Source: an uncultured delta proteobacterium (lineage in GTDB: Bacteria; Myxococcota_A; UBA9160; SZUA-336). From it: a stretch of 64,000 bases of DNA. Below are positions 41,537-50,980 of this stretch, in pieces; the first letter of the stretch is position 1; each line of letters opens with the position of its first letter. Location: positions 64,001 through 128,000 of the forward strand of contig CAVPHD010000002.1 of NCBI GenBank assembly GCA_963704165.1. The letters run 5' to 3'. The translations under genes were made by a program, and so were the position numbers. A model generated the notes under the pieces. It was not told where the DNA came from. It searched no databases and saw nothing but the letters and a program-made list of their open reading frames with translations.

Positions 41537-42337
41537 TCAAGAACGTCGCGAGAGCCGATGCCGGAGGATCCAGAGCGCGAGCAGCTCGGGCCGGCTGCGC
41601 ACTCGATAACGCCGGTACAACGCCTTCACGTACTGGTGCATCGTGTGCGGGCTCAGCCCCAGACGGTCCGCCACCTCCTTCTCCGATAGCCCCTCGACCA
41701 TGGCAGAGAGCGTCTGCTCGAGACGCGGCGAGAGCGGCACGGGATCGTGGCTATCGGAGCCCGCCAGTTCGTACCCGATCATCGGGACGAGTTCGCGATG
41801 CAGGAGATCGAGCACCTTCAGGTCGCGCTCGGTCCACGGCCGGTCTCCCAGCCGGCGATGTGCCACCACCGTGTCGAAGTGCCCGTCCGCCGTCTCGTGG
41901 AACGAGCACAGCGAATCGTCGAGGTGCAGTGGTACCAGGTAGTCGTGGTAGTAGGCGGATCCGTAGTGATCCGTATCGGAGATGATCTGCCTGCGGAACG
42001 CCGTCCGGTGCGGCGGCTCGAAGTCCTCGAGAAACCGGTTCATGTTGGGATCGGCCTTGGGTCCCACCCGCGCCATGTACTCGAGCCAGCGCCTGCGCGA
42101 GGACTCACAGTCCCAGCCGTGGTCGACGACCAGGCTCGGCTGGATCGTGCGAGCGGGTAGGGGGAAGCGCCCCGCGCCGATGATGCCGAGAAGGTCTCCG
42201 AGCAGGCGGTCCATGCCGTCGAGAAGGTGACGGCGCCAGAGAAACGCATCGGCCCCGAGCTCCCGGCACTCACCGACCAGCCGGAAGATCTCGCGGCAGT
42301 CGTGCGCGCTGATCAGGGCGGACTTGGACACGGCCAT
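41537..42337 (-). CDS. LuxR-type HTH regulator
   Basis: LSPR..Q.L..GLSEKEVADRLGLSPHT..YVK.LY; GAF-like N-terminus. Confidence 0.88.
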   Translation of the reverse strand: MAVSKSALISAHDCREIFRLVGECRELGADAFLWRRHLLDGMDRLLGDLLGIIGAGRFPLPARTIQPSLVVDHGWDCESSRRRWLEYMARVGPKADPNMNRFLEDFEPPHRTAFRRQIISDTDHYGSAYYHDYLVPLHLDDSLCSFHETADGHFDTVVAHRRLGDRPWTERDLKVLDLLHRELVPMIGYELAGSDSHDPVPLSPRLEQTLSAMVEGLSEKEVADRLGLSPHTMHQYVKALYRRYRVRSRPELLALWILRHRLSRRS

Positions 42338-42534
42338 CCACCTTCCCTCCCAGCACCCTACGCCTTCCGGAAGGCGGCTACCACTTTCTCCCCGGCATCG
42401 CCCCCCGTTCAGGGGAATTGTCGCCCGCGTGCCGTTCTCTGAAGGTGTCCGCACGCAAGCGGATCGAGGACTGCTTGGACTGCGTTGCGCCGTCGAAGCC
42501 AAGAGCGCGACGTACTCACCAGAGGGGAGATGTT

Positions 42535-44679
42535 GTGGACCGCAATCGAACGAGTGAACGATCGACTCTCGCGACCTGGGCCGCGCTTGCCTGCCTCATC
42601 ACAGCTACGGTGGGCACGAGCACAAGCCTGCCCGCCTCCGCGCAGACTACGGACGCAAGAGTTAAGGTGCTCGCCTACCCGTTCGGGGACCAGCCCTCCC
42701 GGGTCGTCACAGAGTTCTACAAGGGACCGGGCACTTGGAGCAGCACCGTCTCGGACATCCAGGCCGGTACCCAGCCCACCGGCAGCTGGAGCTTCAGCGG
42801 CTCGAGCACCGTCGACATGATTGGGGCTGCCGTACAACCCCATGTCACCGTTGGCACATCGATGTTGACGAGCTGGAGTGGATCGAGCTCGGCCCCGATT
42901 ATCAACTCCATCCCCGCGAGCTTCGGGAGAGGCCTTCTGGGTTACGGTGCTCGAGTCCAGCCTGTGGCGGGATCGACGGTACCCTCCTGGGTGACTGGAA
43001 TCCCGGTCAACATGGCGGGCGTGGTCTCGGCCGAAATCGAAATCGAGGCGCTCAATCCTTTGCTGTGCGGCGTTGCAAATGCCGAGGCTTACGCGGTATT
43101 TCGCGACGCCGAGTCCGGTGCCGCAGTGGGCTCTCAAGTCCAGATCGGTACTTACCCGCTCACGACCGAGGCGGTGAGCGACAGCTTCGCGCTGTCGCTC
43201 ACCGTGACATTCCCAATCTTCCAGCGCTCAGGTTTTATCAACGTCGGGCTGTACGCCGAGGCTTCCAACTCATTGCAGCACGCGAGCTGCAACGGAAGCG
43301 TAGGCGTCTACGCCAATGCGGACCCCGTCATCTCGTTCGACCAGGCCGCCTTCGATGCGCTCGCCGCCTCGCTAGGCGAGCAGACCTTCTCTCTCGCATC
43401 CGTCTACGAGATCGTCCTGCCCCCGGGCCTGGGGAATGGCCCCGCCGTCTGCGGCAATGGCACGTTGGACGCGGGCGAAGAGTGCGACGACGGAAACCTC
43501 GAAGCGGGCGATGGCTGCCGGCCCGACTGCACGGAAGAGCTCTGCGGCGACGGCATCCCGGACCCCCAGGAGCAGTGCGACGACGGGAACGACATTTCGG
43601 GAGACGGGTGTCAGGCGAACTGTTCGGGTCCGCGCTGCGGTGACTCGTACCTCGACGTGTTCCGCGGGGAGCAGTGCGACGACGGCAACCTGATCTCGGG
43701 CGACGGCTGCTCCGAGACCTGCGGGGCGGAGATCTGCGGCAACGCGATCGTCGATGCGGGCGAGCAGTGCGATGACGGCAACACCGGGGCGGGCGACGGC
43801 TGCCGGCCCGACTGTACGGAGGAGCTCTGCGGCGACGGCCTGCACGACCCGCAGGAGACCTGCGACGACGCAAACAACGACCCGGGCGACGGCTGTCGGC
43901 CCGACTGCACGGAAGAGCTCTGCGGCGACGGCATCCCGGACCCCCAGGAGCAGTGCGACGACGGGAACGCCATCTCGGGCGACGGTTGCCAGGCGGGTTG
44001 CGTGCTTCCGATGTGCGGCGATGGCGTGATCGACACCGGTGAGGAGTGCGACGACGGCAACCGGACGGGCAACGATGGCTGCTCGGCCAGCTGCGTGGCG
44101 GAGGTGTGCGGGAACGGGATCCTGGATCCCGCCGAGGCCTGCGACGACGGGAACACCGATCCGGGCGACGGCTGCCGCGGCAACTGCAGCGTCGAGGAGT
44201 GCGGAGACGGCACTGTCGATCTCCAGGAGCAGTGTGATGACGGGAACCTGGTGTCCGGGGATGGCTGCTCGGAGACCTGCACCATCGAGACGGCGACCGG
44301 GGGCGACGGCTGCCGGCCGCGCTTCTGGAGGCGGGCAGACGAGTCGTGGCCGGGACCGTACGCGCCACACACCCCCTTTGCCTCTGTGTTCGAGGATGCG
44401 TTCCCGGGCAAGACGCTCGGCCAGGTGCTGCGCCAGCGCGGCGGTGGGCTGCGGGCGCTGGGCCGCCAGACCGTCGCAGCGCTGCTCAACGCGGCGTCAC
44501 CGGAAGTGAGCTACGACCTCTCGGCGGCCGAGGTGGTGTCGAGCTTCAACGGGGCGTACCCGGGGACCAAGCCGGCCTACCGGACACTCAAGTTCAACTT
44601 CCGCAAGCTGAACAAGCAGGGCTGTCCGCTCGTGCCGCTCGACGACGACTGGTGCGAGGACGACGAGGAGGACGATTAG
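42535..44679 (+). CDS. Secreted protein with nine Myxococcus Cys-rich (DUF4215) repeats
   Basis: 9x CGxG...E.CDDGN...GDGC...C; signal peptide; C-terminal VAALLNA domain. Confidence 0.88.
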   Translation: MDRNRTSERSTLATWAALACLITATVGTSTSLPASAQTTDARVKVLAYPFGDQPSRVVTEFYKGPGTWSSTVSDIQAGTQPTGSWSFSGSSTVDMIGAAVQPHVTVGTSMLTSWSGSSSAPIINSIPASFGRGLLGYGARVQPVAGSTVPSWVTGIPVNMAGVVSAEIEIEALNPLLCGVANAEAYAVFRDAESGAAVGSQVQIGTYPLTTEAVSDSFALSLTVTFPIFQRSGFINVGLYAEASNSLQHASCNGSVGVYANADPVISFDQAAFDALAASLGEQTFSLASVYEIVLPPGLGNGPAVCGNGTLDAGEECDDGNLEAGDGCRPDCTEELCGDGIPDPQEQCDDGNDISGDGCQANCSGPRCGDSYLDVFRGEQCDDGNLISGDGCSETCGAEICGNAIVDAGEQCDDGNTGAGDGCRPDCTEELCGDGLHDPQETCDDANNDPGDGCRPDCTEELCGDGIPDPQEQCDDGNAISGDGCQAGCVLPMCGDGVIDTGEECDDGNRTGNDGCSASCVAEVCGNGILDPAEACDDGNTDPGDGCRGNCSVEECGDGTVDLQEQCDDGNLVSGDGCSETCTIETATGGDGCRPRFWRRADESWPGPYAPHTPFASVFEDAFPGKTLGQVLRQRGGGLRALGRQTVAALLNAASPEVSYDLSAAEVVSSFNGAYPGTKPAYRTLKFNFRKLNKQGCPLVPLDDDWCEDDEEDD

Positions 44680-44990
44680 CCGGAGGCTGTCAACGAGTTG
44701 CTCCTCGCCCCATCCAGCCGTCCACGGAGCGGCGGACCACGTCGAGAATCACGGGGCGACGACGGCCAGTTCTTCGACTCGACGCAGCCGTAGCGGGGGA
44801 CACGCCGTCAGGAGCGGAACTCGAGGATCACACCGAAGCGACGGGGAACGCGCAGGAAGCCGTCGCGCCGATCGCAGGGTCGCGGATGAGGCTATGCCGG
44901 TACACCTCGTCCGCCTCAGAGGGCAGATCGTCGGCTTAGGCGTCCGCTTCTACACCGATGAAAGAGGTTACAGAACGCCCGTTGCCGGAA

Positions 44991-45025
44991 CTCCGGGGTG
45001 GAATCGCGCATGTTTCTCCTATCCT
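44991..45025 (+). repeat. IS91/ISCR oriIS-like end, copy 2
   Basis: GAATCGCGCATGTTTCTCCTATCC; matches 39283 and 46231 copies. Confidence 0.55.
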
Positions 45026-45061
45026 CGTTCTCCACAAGGTTCGCCACATGGTTCTCCGCAC
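45026..45061 (+). repeat. Three tandem 12-bp repeats (putative integrase arm sites)
   Basis: CGTTCTCCACAA GGTTCGCCACAT GGTTCTCCGCAC. Confidence 0.65.
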
Positions 45062-45114
45062 GGCGAATCCGCCGCAGTACCCATGCTCCACCAAGTTTGC
45101 GATTCTGCGCTCGA

Positions 45115-45191
45115 GTCCCCGTAGCTCAGATGGATAGAGCGGCTGCCTCCTAAGCAGCAGGTCGTGCGTTCGAATCGCGCCGGGGACGCCA
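45115..45191 (+). tRNA. tRNA-Arg (CCT)
   Basis: 77-nt cloverleaf, GCTGC-CTCCTAA-GCAGC anticodon arm, GTTCGAAT, CCA. Confidence 0.97.
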
Positions 45192-45250
45192 GCAAGTTCG
45201 CGGTTACACCGAACTGCGTTCACTCGGCGGCACCGCGCGGGCCCTTGCTA

Positions 45251-45490
45251 TTAGTGGCCGGCGCCTTTGGCCGCAGCCTGAGCCTGCGCCATCCGCTTCG
45301 CCACTTCCGCCTTCACGGCTTCGAGATCGAAGGACGCACCCTTCTGCATCGGCGGATAGTCGAGGAAGGTCTGAAGCTCCTTCCCCACGACCTCCTGGAC
45401 GAAGACGAAACGCCAGACGTTGTAGACGCAGAAGCTGCCGAAGTATGCTTGCGTCCCGTCCTTGGTTCCGTTGTTCGGCCAGCGCATGCC
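45251..45490 (-). pseudogene. Arylsulfatase C-terminal fragment
   Basis: WRFVFVQEVVGKELQTFLDYPPMQKGASFDLEAVK recalls arylsulfatase C-termini. Confidence 0.55.
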
Positions 45491-45567
45491 GCTTACGAGC
45501 AGATCTACTATTCGTCGCTGGTGCCGCGCACCTACCTCTGCGCCCGTCTGATGGAGACGCTCGACTG

Positions 45568-46188
45568 ATGGCCACGCTCTACCATGTGCCCACCTCACGA
45601 TCGCTGCGCGTGCTGTGGGCCTTGGAAGAAATCGGCGCTACCGTCGAGGTGAAGTCGCTGGGTGCTCGGCCGCGGCTGCAGGAGCCCGAGTATCTCGCGA
45701 TCAACCCGGCCGGCACACTGCCCGCCCTGATCGATGGCGACCGGGCGATCTACGAGTCCCTGGCGATCTGCGAATACCTGGCGGCCCAGCACGGTTCCGA
45801 TCTGATCGTGGCACCGGGCGATCCGGAGCGGCCGGAATTCGTGCAATGGCTGTTGTTTGGCGAAGCGACGCTGCAGGCGCCGCTCTCGGTGATGGCGCGC
45901 GTCGGCCGCATCCGGAACAAGACGCCGGAGATGCAGGCCGGAATCGACGCCGTGCTTGCCGACGCCCGCCACTCGCTCTCGATGCGGCTCAAGCTGCTCG
46001 AGCAGCGGCTGGAAGGCCGTGAGTTCCTGGTGGCGGGGCGGATGACGCTCGCCGACATCTCGGTCGGCTATCCACTCAACAACTTGGGGAAGCCGCACTT
46101 CGCCTCGCTGCTCGGTCCACGGGCCGCCGCCTACCGCGAGCGCCTGCTCGCCAGGCCGGCGTTCCAGCGCGCCACAGCCATTCCCTAG
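45568..46188 (+). CDS. Glutathione S-transferase family protein
   Basis: SRSLRVLWALEE, INPAGTLPAL, ESLAICEYL, TLADI. Confidence 0.9.
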   Translation: MATLYHVPTSRSLRVLWALEEIGATVEVKSLGARPRLQEPEYLAINPAGTLPALIDGDRAIYESLAICEYLAAQHGSDLIVAPGDPERPEFVQWLLFGEATLQAPLSVMARVGRIRNKTPEMQAGIDAVLADARHSLSMRLKLLEQRLEGREFLVAGRMTLADISVGYPLNNLGKPHFASLLGPRAAAYRERLLARPAFQRATAIP

Positions 46189-46230
46189 TCTCGGTTAGGC
46201 AAGCTCTGCCGTGACGGCGCGTGCGGCGTG

Positions 46231-46690
46231 CGGATAGGAAGTACAAGCGCGATTCTGCCGCGGGACTTCCCCGGAAAGGGGTGTTTCTCAACATCCGACA
46301 TCGGTGCAGAAGCGGGCGCCTGAGGCGGCGATCTGGCCTCTGGGCGGCCTCTGGGCGGGCGGCCTCTGAGCGGGGGGATTCGAGCGGCCGGGCTGCGCGC
46401 TGGGTGGGGCGAACGCGGCGGGCCGGGGTCGCCGATTGGGGAGCGCGCTCGGGCTGCGCGGATCCCGTGGCGCGGGTCAGTCGGTGGGTGGCTCGGTGGT
46501 GTCGTCGGCCGGGCCTGCGAGCTCGAAGTCGGGGTCGCAGAAGAGCTCGGCTTGACGGGCCGGGGCGGTTGGGGGCGCGCGACTCGCGAGTCCGAGCGAG
46601 CCTAGGATCGCGGCGGCGATCTCGGGCTGCTCGATCGCGGCGATCACGCGCAGGCCCTCCCCGCGCCACGCCCCGCAACGCGGACCGATC
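46231..46690 (-). mobile_element. IS91/ISCR-family remnant: transposase C-terminus plus oriIS
   Basis: LRVIAAIEQPEIAAAILGSLGLASRAPP; GCGCTTGTACTTCCTATCC end. Confidence 0.7.
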
Positions 46691-46700
46691 GAGCTTCCGC

Positions 46701-46816
46701 CGTAGGCGCTCCGTGGCGCGAAACGTGGCGCGAACTCGGGGACACAGGGCGATACAGGGCGCTACAGCGCGACACTAACTCCGCGCGCTGTTGCGTTCCG
46801 TGTCGCGCTGTTTCGC
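46701..46816. repeat. att-flanking repeat arrays
   Basis: CGTGGCGCGAA x2; 10-bp phased GACACAGGGC/GATACAGGGC/GCTACAGCGC followed by inverted copies. Confidence 0.7.
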
Positions 46817-46827
46817 TTGGCGGTGCT

Positions 46828-46874
46828 CTCGTAAGCAGCAGGTCATGCGTTCGAATCGCATCGGGGACGCTAGC
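46828..46874 (+). repeat. Displaced 3' half of tRNA-Arg
   Basis: 42/47 identical to 45147-45193, starting at the anticodon loop. Confidence 0.9.
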
Positions 46875-46993
46875 GTGGCACTCGACGCCGCCGGAAGTCG
46901 GTCGGGCCGCGATTTCGCTCTACTCGTCGGCCGCCTCGTTGCCGGGTAATTCATGAACTCCTGACCTGCTGCATTTCGTCGGACCATCCGATC

Positions 46994-47842
46994 CTAGAAA
47001 ACAGTCTTCTCAAGGCGTTGGATCGAAACCGATCTCGCGAACTCCTCGGGCGTCCGGTTGCCGAGGCTCGAGTGCGGTCTCTCGCTGTTGAACTCCTGTC
47101 GCCAGTCCTCGATCAGGATCTTGGCATCGATCCGATTCTTGAACCACTGCATGCCGAGACACTCGTCTCGGAACTTCCCGTTGAACGATTCGTTCGCGCC
47201 GTTCTGCCAGGGCTTCCCCGGATCGATCAGCGCCGTCTCGATCTCCGACTTCGCCAGCCATTGCAGAACCGCCCGCGAGACGAACTCGGGCCCGTTGTCC
47301 GAACGCATGTGACGCGGCGCTCCGCGCACGCTCACGAGCTTCGAGAGGACGTCGATCACGCGCCCGGATCGGATGCTGCCTGCCACGTCGATCGCCAGGC
47401 ACTCGCGCGTGTACTCATCGATCACCGTCAGGCACTTCAGCTGCTGTCCGTTCGCGCACGCATCGAACACGAAGTCGTAGGCCCACACGTGATTCGCGCC
47501 GGTCGATGGAATCGGCCGCGGTCGGTTCGTCGCAGCTCGCCGCCGCGGCCGCTTCCGCGGCACCTGCAGCCCCGCACGACGCCAGATGCGATGCGCGCGG
47601 TCCGCGCTCATCACGATCCCGCGCCGCGCGAGGTAGACCAGGATGCGGCGATAGCCGAAGCGCGGATACTGCGCGGAGAGCTCCCGCATCGCCGCCACGA
47701 TCGGCACGTCACGCTGCTCGAGCGTCGACTCGTATCCCATCGTCGATCGCGCCACCGAGAACAGCGCGCACGCCCTGCGAAGCGACACGCCGCGACGTTG
47801 CACGTACGCGACCTGCTCCCGTCGAACGCACGCGCTCACCAT
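46994..47842 (-). CDS. IS3 transposase OrfB (DDE)
   Basis: WAYDF, DNGPEF, PGKPWQNG..ESFNG. Confidence 0.93.
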   Translation of the reverse strand: MVSACVRREQVAYVQRRGVSLRRACALFSVARSTMGYESTLEQRDVPIVAAMRELSAQYPRFGYRRILVYLARRGIVMSADRAHRIWRRAGLQVPRKRPRRRAATNRPRPIPSTGANHVWAYDFVFDACANGQQLKCLTVIDEYTRECLAIDVAGSIRSGRVIDVLSKLVSVRGAPRHMRSDNGPEFVSRAVLQWLAKSEIETALIDPGKPWQNGANESFNGKFRDECLGMQWFKNRIDAKILIEDWRQEFNSERPHSSLGNRTPEEFARSVSIQRLEKTVF

Positions 47843-48099
47843 TTTTTTGCGGCGACCTCGCGCATCACCTCGATCTCGAGGTCGCGCTCCGCCACCAGCT
47901 TCTTCAGCTTCAGGTTCTCGTGCTCGAGCTGCCGCAGCCGCTTCACGTCCGCCGCCTCGAGCTTCCCGAACCGCTTGCGCCAGGCGTAGATCGTCTGGTC
48001 GCTGATCCCATGCTTCTTGGCGACCTCGCCGATCGGGTTCCGATCCGCTTCCCGCAGGATCTTCACCATCTGCTCTTCGCTGAACTTGCTCTTCTTCAT
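47836..48099 (-). CDS. IS3 transposase OrfA
   Basis: MKKSKFSEEQ, HGISDQTIYAWR, LE.EN.KLKKL. Confidence 0.93.
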   Translation of the reverse strand: MKKSKFSEEQMVKILREADRNPIGEVAKKHGISDQTIYAWRKRFGKLEAADVKRLRQLEHENLKLKKLVAERDLEIEVMREVAAKKW

Positions 48100-48196
48100 C
48101 GCTCCCTCTTTGCCCGAGGAAGCCATTTTCGCAGGATTCAAACGGTCCGGAATTCGCCCAGCAATTCACCCGATCGCCGCTGGTATGGTTGCGCCC

Positions 48197-49273
48197 ATGC
48201 CCAAGAACCAAACCCTGCTCCCATTGCTTCCCCAACCTGAGGGCCTTGCCTGGCCGACCGACGCGTGGCCCGTGGGTGAGCTCGATGCGCGCGCGGATCG
48301 CGAAGCGCTCGAGCAGTTGCTCGAGCACGCCTTCAGCCTGCCCGAGCCCGAGGACCTCGAGCGCACACATGCGATCGTCGCGGTTCAGCGCGGTCGGCTC
48401 GTGGCCGAGCGCTACGCCCACGACGTCGCACCCGAAGACACGTTTCTGTCCTGGTCGATGGCGAAGAGCGTCACGAACGCGCTGGTCGGAATCCTGGTGC
48501 GGCAGGGCAAGCTCGAGATCTCGCAGCCGATCCCGGTGAAGGAGTGGCCCGAGGGCGACCGGCGCCGACGCATCACCATCGACCAGCTTCTCCGCATGGT
48601 CGATGGCCTGCGCTTTCGAGAAGCCGAGGACCTGGGCGGCGGCTCCGTCCGCTACTACCCCGAGGACGAATCCGACGTGGTCCCCATGCTGTTCGGCGCG
48701 GGGAAGAACGACGTGGCGGCCTTCGCAGCGACACTTCCCTATGTCGCCGAGCCCGAGACGCGCTGGAACTACAACAGCGGCGCCAGCAACCTGCTCAGTC
48801 GCCTGGTCTCGGACACCGTCGGTGGCGGCGAAGCGGGAATGCGCGAGTTCATGGCGCGCGAGCTCTTCGAGCCGCTCGGCATGAAGACCGCGACGCCGCG
48901 CTTCGACGCGGCGGGACACTTCATCGGCTCGAGCCACCTCTACGCGAGCGCCCGCGACTTCGCGCGCTTCGGCTACCTGTACCTGCGCGACGGCGTGTGG
49001 GACGGCCGGCGCATCCTCCCCGAGGGCTGGGTGGACTACAGCCGCACAGCTTCACCCGTTGCGCCGCAGGGCTCGTACGGTGCGCACTTCTGGGTGATTC
49101 CCGGCAGTCTCGGGCTGTTCAGCTGTCAGGGCGCCTGGGGCCAACGCATCATGATCAGCCCGCGACTCGACCTGGTCGTCGTCCGTCTCGGGAAGACCTC
49201 CCCGCACAAAGTCGGCGCGGCGGTCCAGCAGTGCAAAAGGCTGGTGGACGTGTTCCGCGCTACGTCGAGCTGA
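48197..49273 (+). CDS. Serine hydrolase, beta-lactamase class C/NylB-like
   Basis: SWSMAKS, WNYNS, LFEPLGM, ARFG.LYL. Confidence 0.88.
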   Translation: MPKNQTLLPLLPQPEGLAWPTDAWPVGELDARADREALEQLLEHAFSLPEPEDLERTHAIVAVQRGRLVAERYAHDVAPEDTFLSWSMAKSVTNALVGILVRQGKLEISQPIPVKEWPEGDRRRRITIDQLLRMVDGLRFREAEDLGGGSVRYYPEDESDVVPMLFGAGKNDVAAFAATLPYVAEPETRWNYNSGASNLLSRLVSDTVGGGEAGMREFMARELFEPLGMKTATPRFDAAGHFIGSSHLYASARDFARFGYLYLRDGVWDGRRILPEGWVDYSRTASPVAPQGSYGAHFWVIPGSLGLFSCQGAWGQRIMISPRLDLVVVRLGKTSPHKVGAAVQQCKRLVDVFRATSS

Positions 49274-49484
49274 TGTCCGTCCCCTCCGGTGCTCGAAGCG
49301 ACCTTCAGTAGTCGTCGCCCTTCGGATCGAGGACGATGATGCCCGCGAGGAGGTCGAAGATTCGATTCGGAATGTACATGAGCACCGGGTGCCTCTTTGG
49401 CCGCGGCGGGCGCGGTCAGCTCGAGCGCTGGAACACACGCTAGTGTCGGCGCCCCCGGAGGGCGGTCCGCGCTATGCTCGCGCG

Positions 49485-50831
49485 GTGACGGTTTCGCGCG
49501 CGCGATGGGTGCTGGCCCTGGCCCCGCTGCTGCTCGTCGATCAGGCCGCGGCGGACGCGGGCGTGTACGCGCAGATCGACGCGCTCGCAGCGGTCGCCGC
49601 GGCGATCTCGATCGACGGGAACGGCGCGGACTGGGGCGCGATCCCGACGTTCGCGGACCCCGTCGGAGACGCGGGCGCGAACCCCGGCGAGGACATCACG
49701 GGCCTTGCGATCGCTCCGCGCGGCGACGCCCTGCTGCTGCGCATCGACACCGCGGGTCCACCGCCAGCCACGGGCCGGGTGTTCTGGGTGGTGTTCGACT
49801 TCGCGGGCCAGCAGCACCTCGACGTGAAGATCTCGTTCAACCTCGACTACACCGACGACCTCGACGTGTTTCCCGAGGGCGTGGCCGCGCCGCCGCGGGT
49901 CGGTTGGGAGGGCGCGACCGTCGCCGTCGGCGCGGTGCTCGAGGCGCGCATCCCGTACGCCGCGCTCGACGCGCAGCTTCCCGCCTCGATGCAGGGCAAG
50001 CTCTCGGGCGCGGGCGCGCGGCCGTTCGTGCGCGTGAAGGTGACCAGCGGCGAGCCGTTCTTCGGCGAGATCGACCACGGCCCCGCGGCCGGGTCGTACC
50101 GACTCGTGGCCACGCCCTACCCGCTCGACACCGCACTGCCCGCGGGCAGCGAGAACCCGGTCGAGACGCGCCTCCCGCTCGCGGGGATCTGGTATCTCGG
50201 CCAGGGCTCGCACGGATTCGGCAGTCACTCCGGCATTCCCTGGGCGTATGACCTGCACCGCGTGGACAATGCGCTCTTGCCCGAGTCACCACCGGGCAGC
50301 AGCGACAACGCCGACAACCTGAGCTTCGGCGAGCCGATTCGCGCGCCCGTCGCCGGGACGGTCTTCTCGCTGAAGAACGACCAGATCGATCACCCCGCGT
50401 ACAGCGGGCCCGCACCGGTCCCGCCGAATTGGATCTTCCTGGAAATCCCCGGGTCCGTCGGTCTGCTGTTCAGCCACACGCGCATGGGCAGCATTCCGTT
50501 CCAGGCGCTCGACGCCGTGTCGACGCAGGCGCTGATCGGCGAGGTGGGAAACTCGGGCTCGTCGTACAGCTTCCCGCACCTGCACTACGAGGCGCAGAAC
50601 ATCGCGGGGGGCTTTGCGTCCGTGCCGATCGCGCTGCGCGACGTCGAGGTCGGACTCAACCCGATCGACGCGGACCCTTGGCTGCGCCGCGTCTCGAGCT
50701 GGGGCGCGCGCGAGGGCTACTTCGTGCGCGACGCTCCGCCGGCGGTGCCGGTGTTCGGGCCGCTCGCGCTCGCCGGGCTCGCGACGCTGCTCGCCGGGAT
50801 CGGACTCGCGCGGGCCCGAAGTCGAAGCTGA
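49485..50831 (+). CDS. Secreted M23-like peptidase domain protein with IPTL/exosortase-type tail
   Basis: APVAGTV, IGEVGNSGSS..PHLHY; AVPVFGPLALAGLATLL..RAR. Confidence 0.75.
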   Translation: MTVSRARWVLALAPLLLVDQAAADAGVYAQIDALAAVAAAISIDGNGADWGAIPTFADPVGDAGANPGEDITGLAIAPRGDALLLRIDTAGPPPATGRVFWVVFDFAGQQHLDVKISFNLDYTDDLDVFPEGVAAPPRVGWEGATVAVGAVLEARIPYAALDAQLPASMQGKLSGAGARPFVRVKVTSGEPFFGEIDHGPAAGSYRLVATPYPLDTALPAGSENPVETRLPLAGIWYLGQGSHGFGSHSGIPWAYDLHRVDNALLPESPPGSSDNADNLSFGEPIRAPVAGTVFSLKNDQIDHPAYSGPAPVPPNWIFLEIPGSVGLLFSHTRMGSIPFQALDAVSTQALIGEVGNSGSSYSFPHLHYEAQNIAGGFASVPIALRDVEVGLNPIDADPWLRRVSSWGAREGYFVRDAPPAVPVFGPLALAGLATLLAGIGLARARSRS

Positions 50832-50980
50832 CGGGGCTCGAGCGCGTCGCGCCTAGCGCCGGCGCGGCCGCGGTGCGACGGGCGTCGCCGCGCGGGCGGC
50901 CGGGTGGCCGGGGCGAACCACGGTGTCCCCGCCACCCTCGTCGCTTTCCGCGTCGTCCGGATCCGCGACGAGCGCCAGCG

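Larger units (their letters stand above)
45192..46874. mobile_element. Relict islet downstream of tRNA-Arg bounded by 3'-half repeat
   Basis: att copy at 46828-46874; arm-like repeats; no integrase left. Confidence 0.75.
46962..48168 (-). mobile_element. Intact IS3-family (IS407 group) element, 1207 bp
   Basis: TG..CA imperfect IRs, orfA/orfB with A7 slippage site at 47842-47848; no clear TSD. Confidence 0.93.

Noticed and set aside
43450..44290. Regular ~93-bp repeats resembling an array
   Set aside because: In-frame Cys-rich protein repeats; no unique spacers and no cas genes, so not CRISPR
48150..48197. Hybrid IS-derived promoter for the serine hydrolase
   Set aside because: No convincing -35 at correct spacing in the IS end
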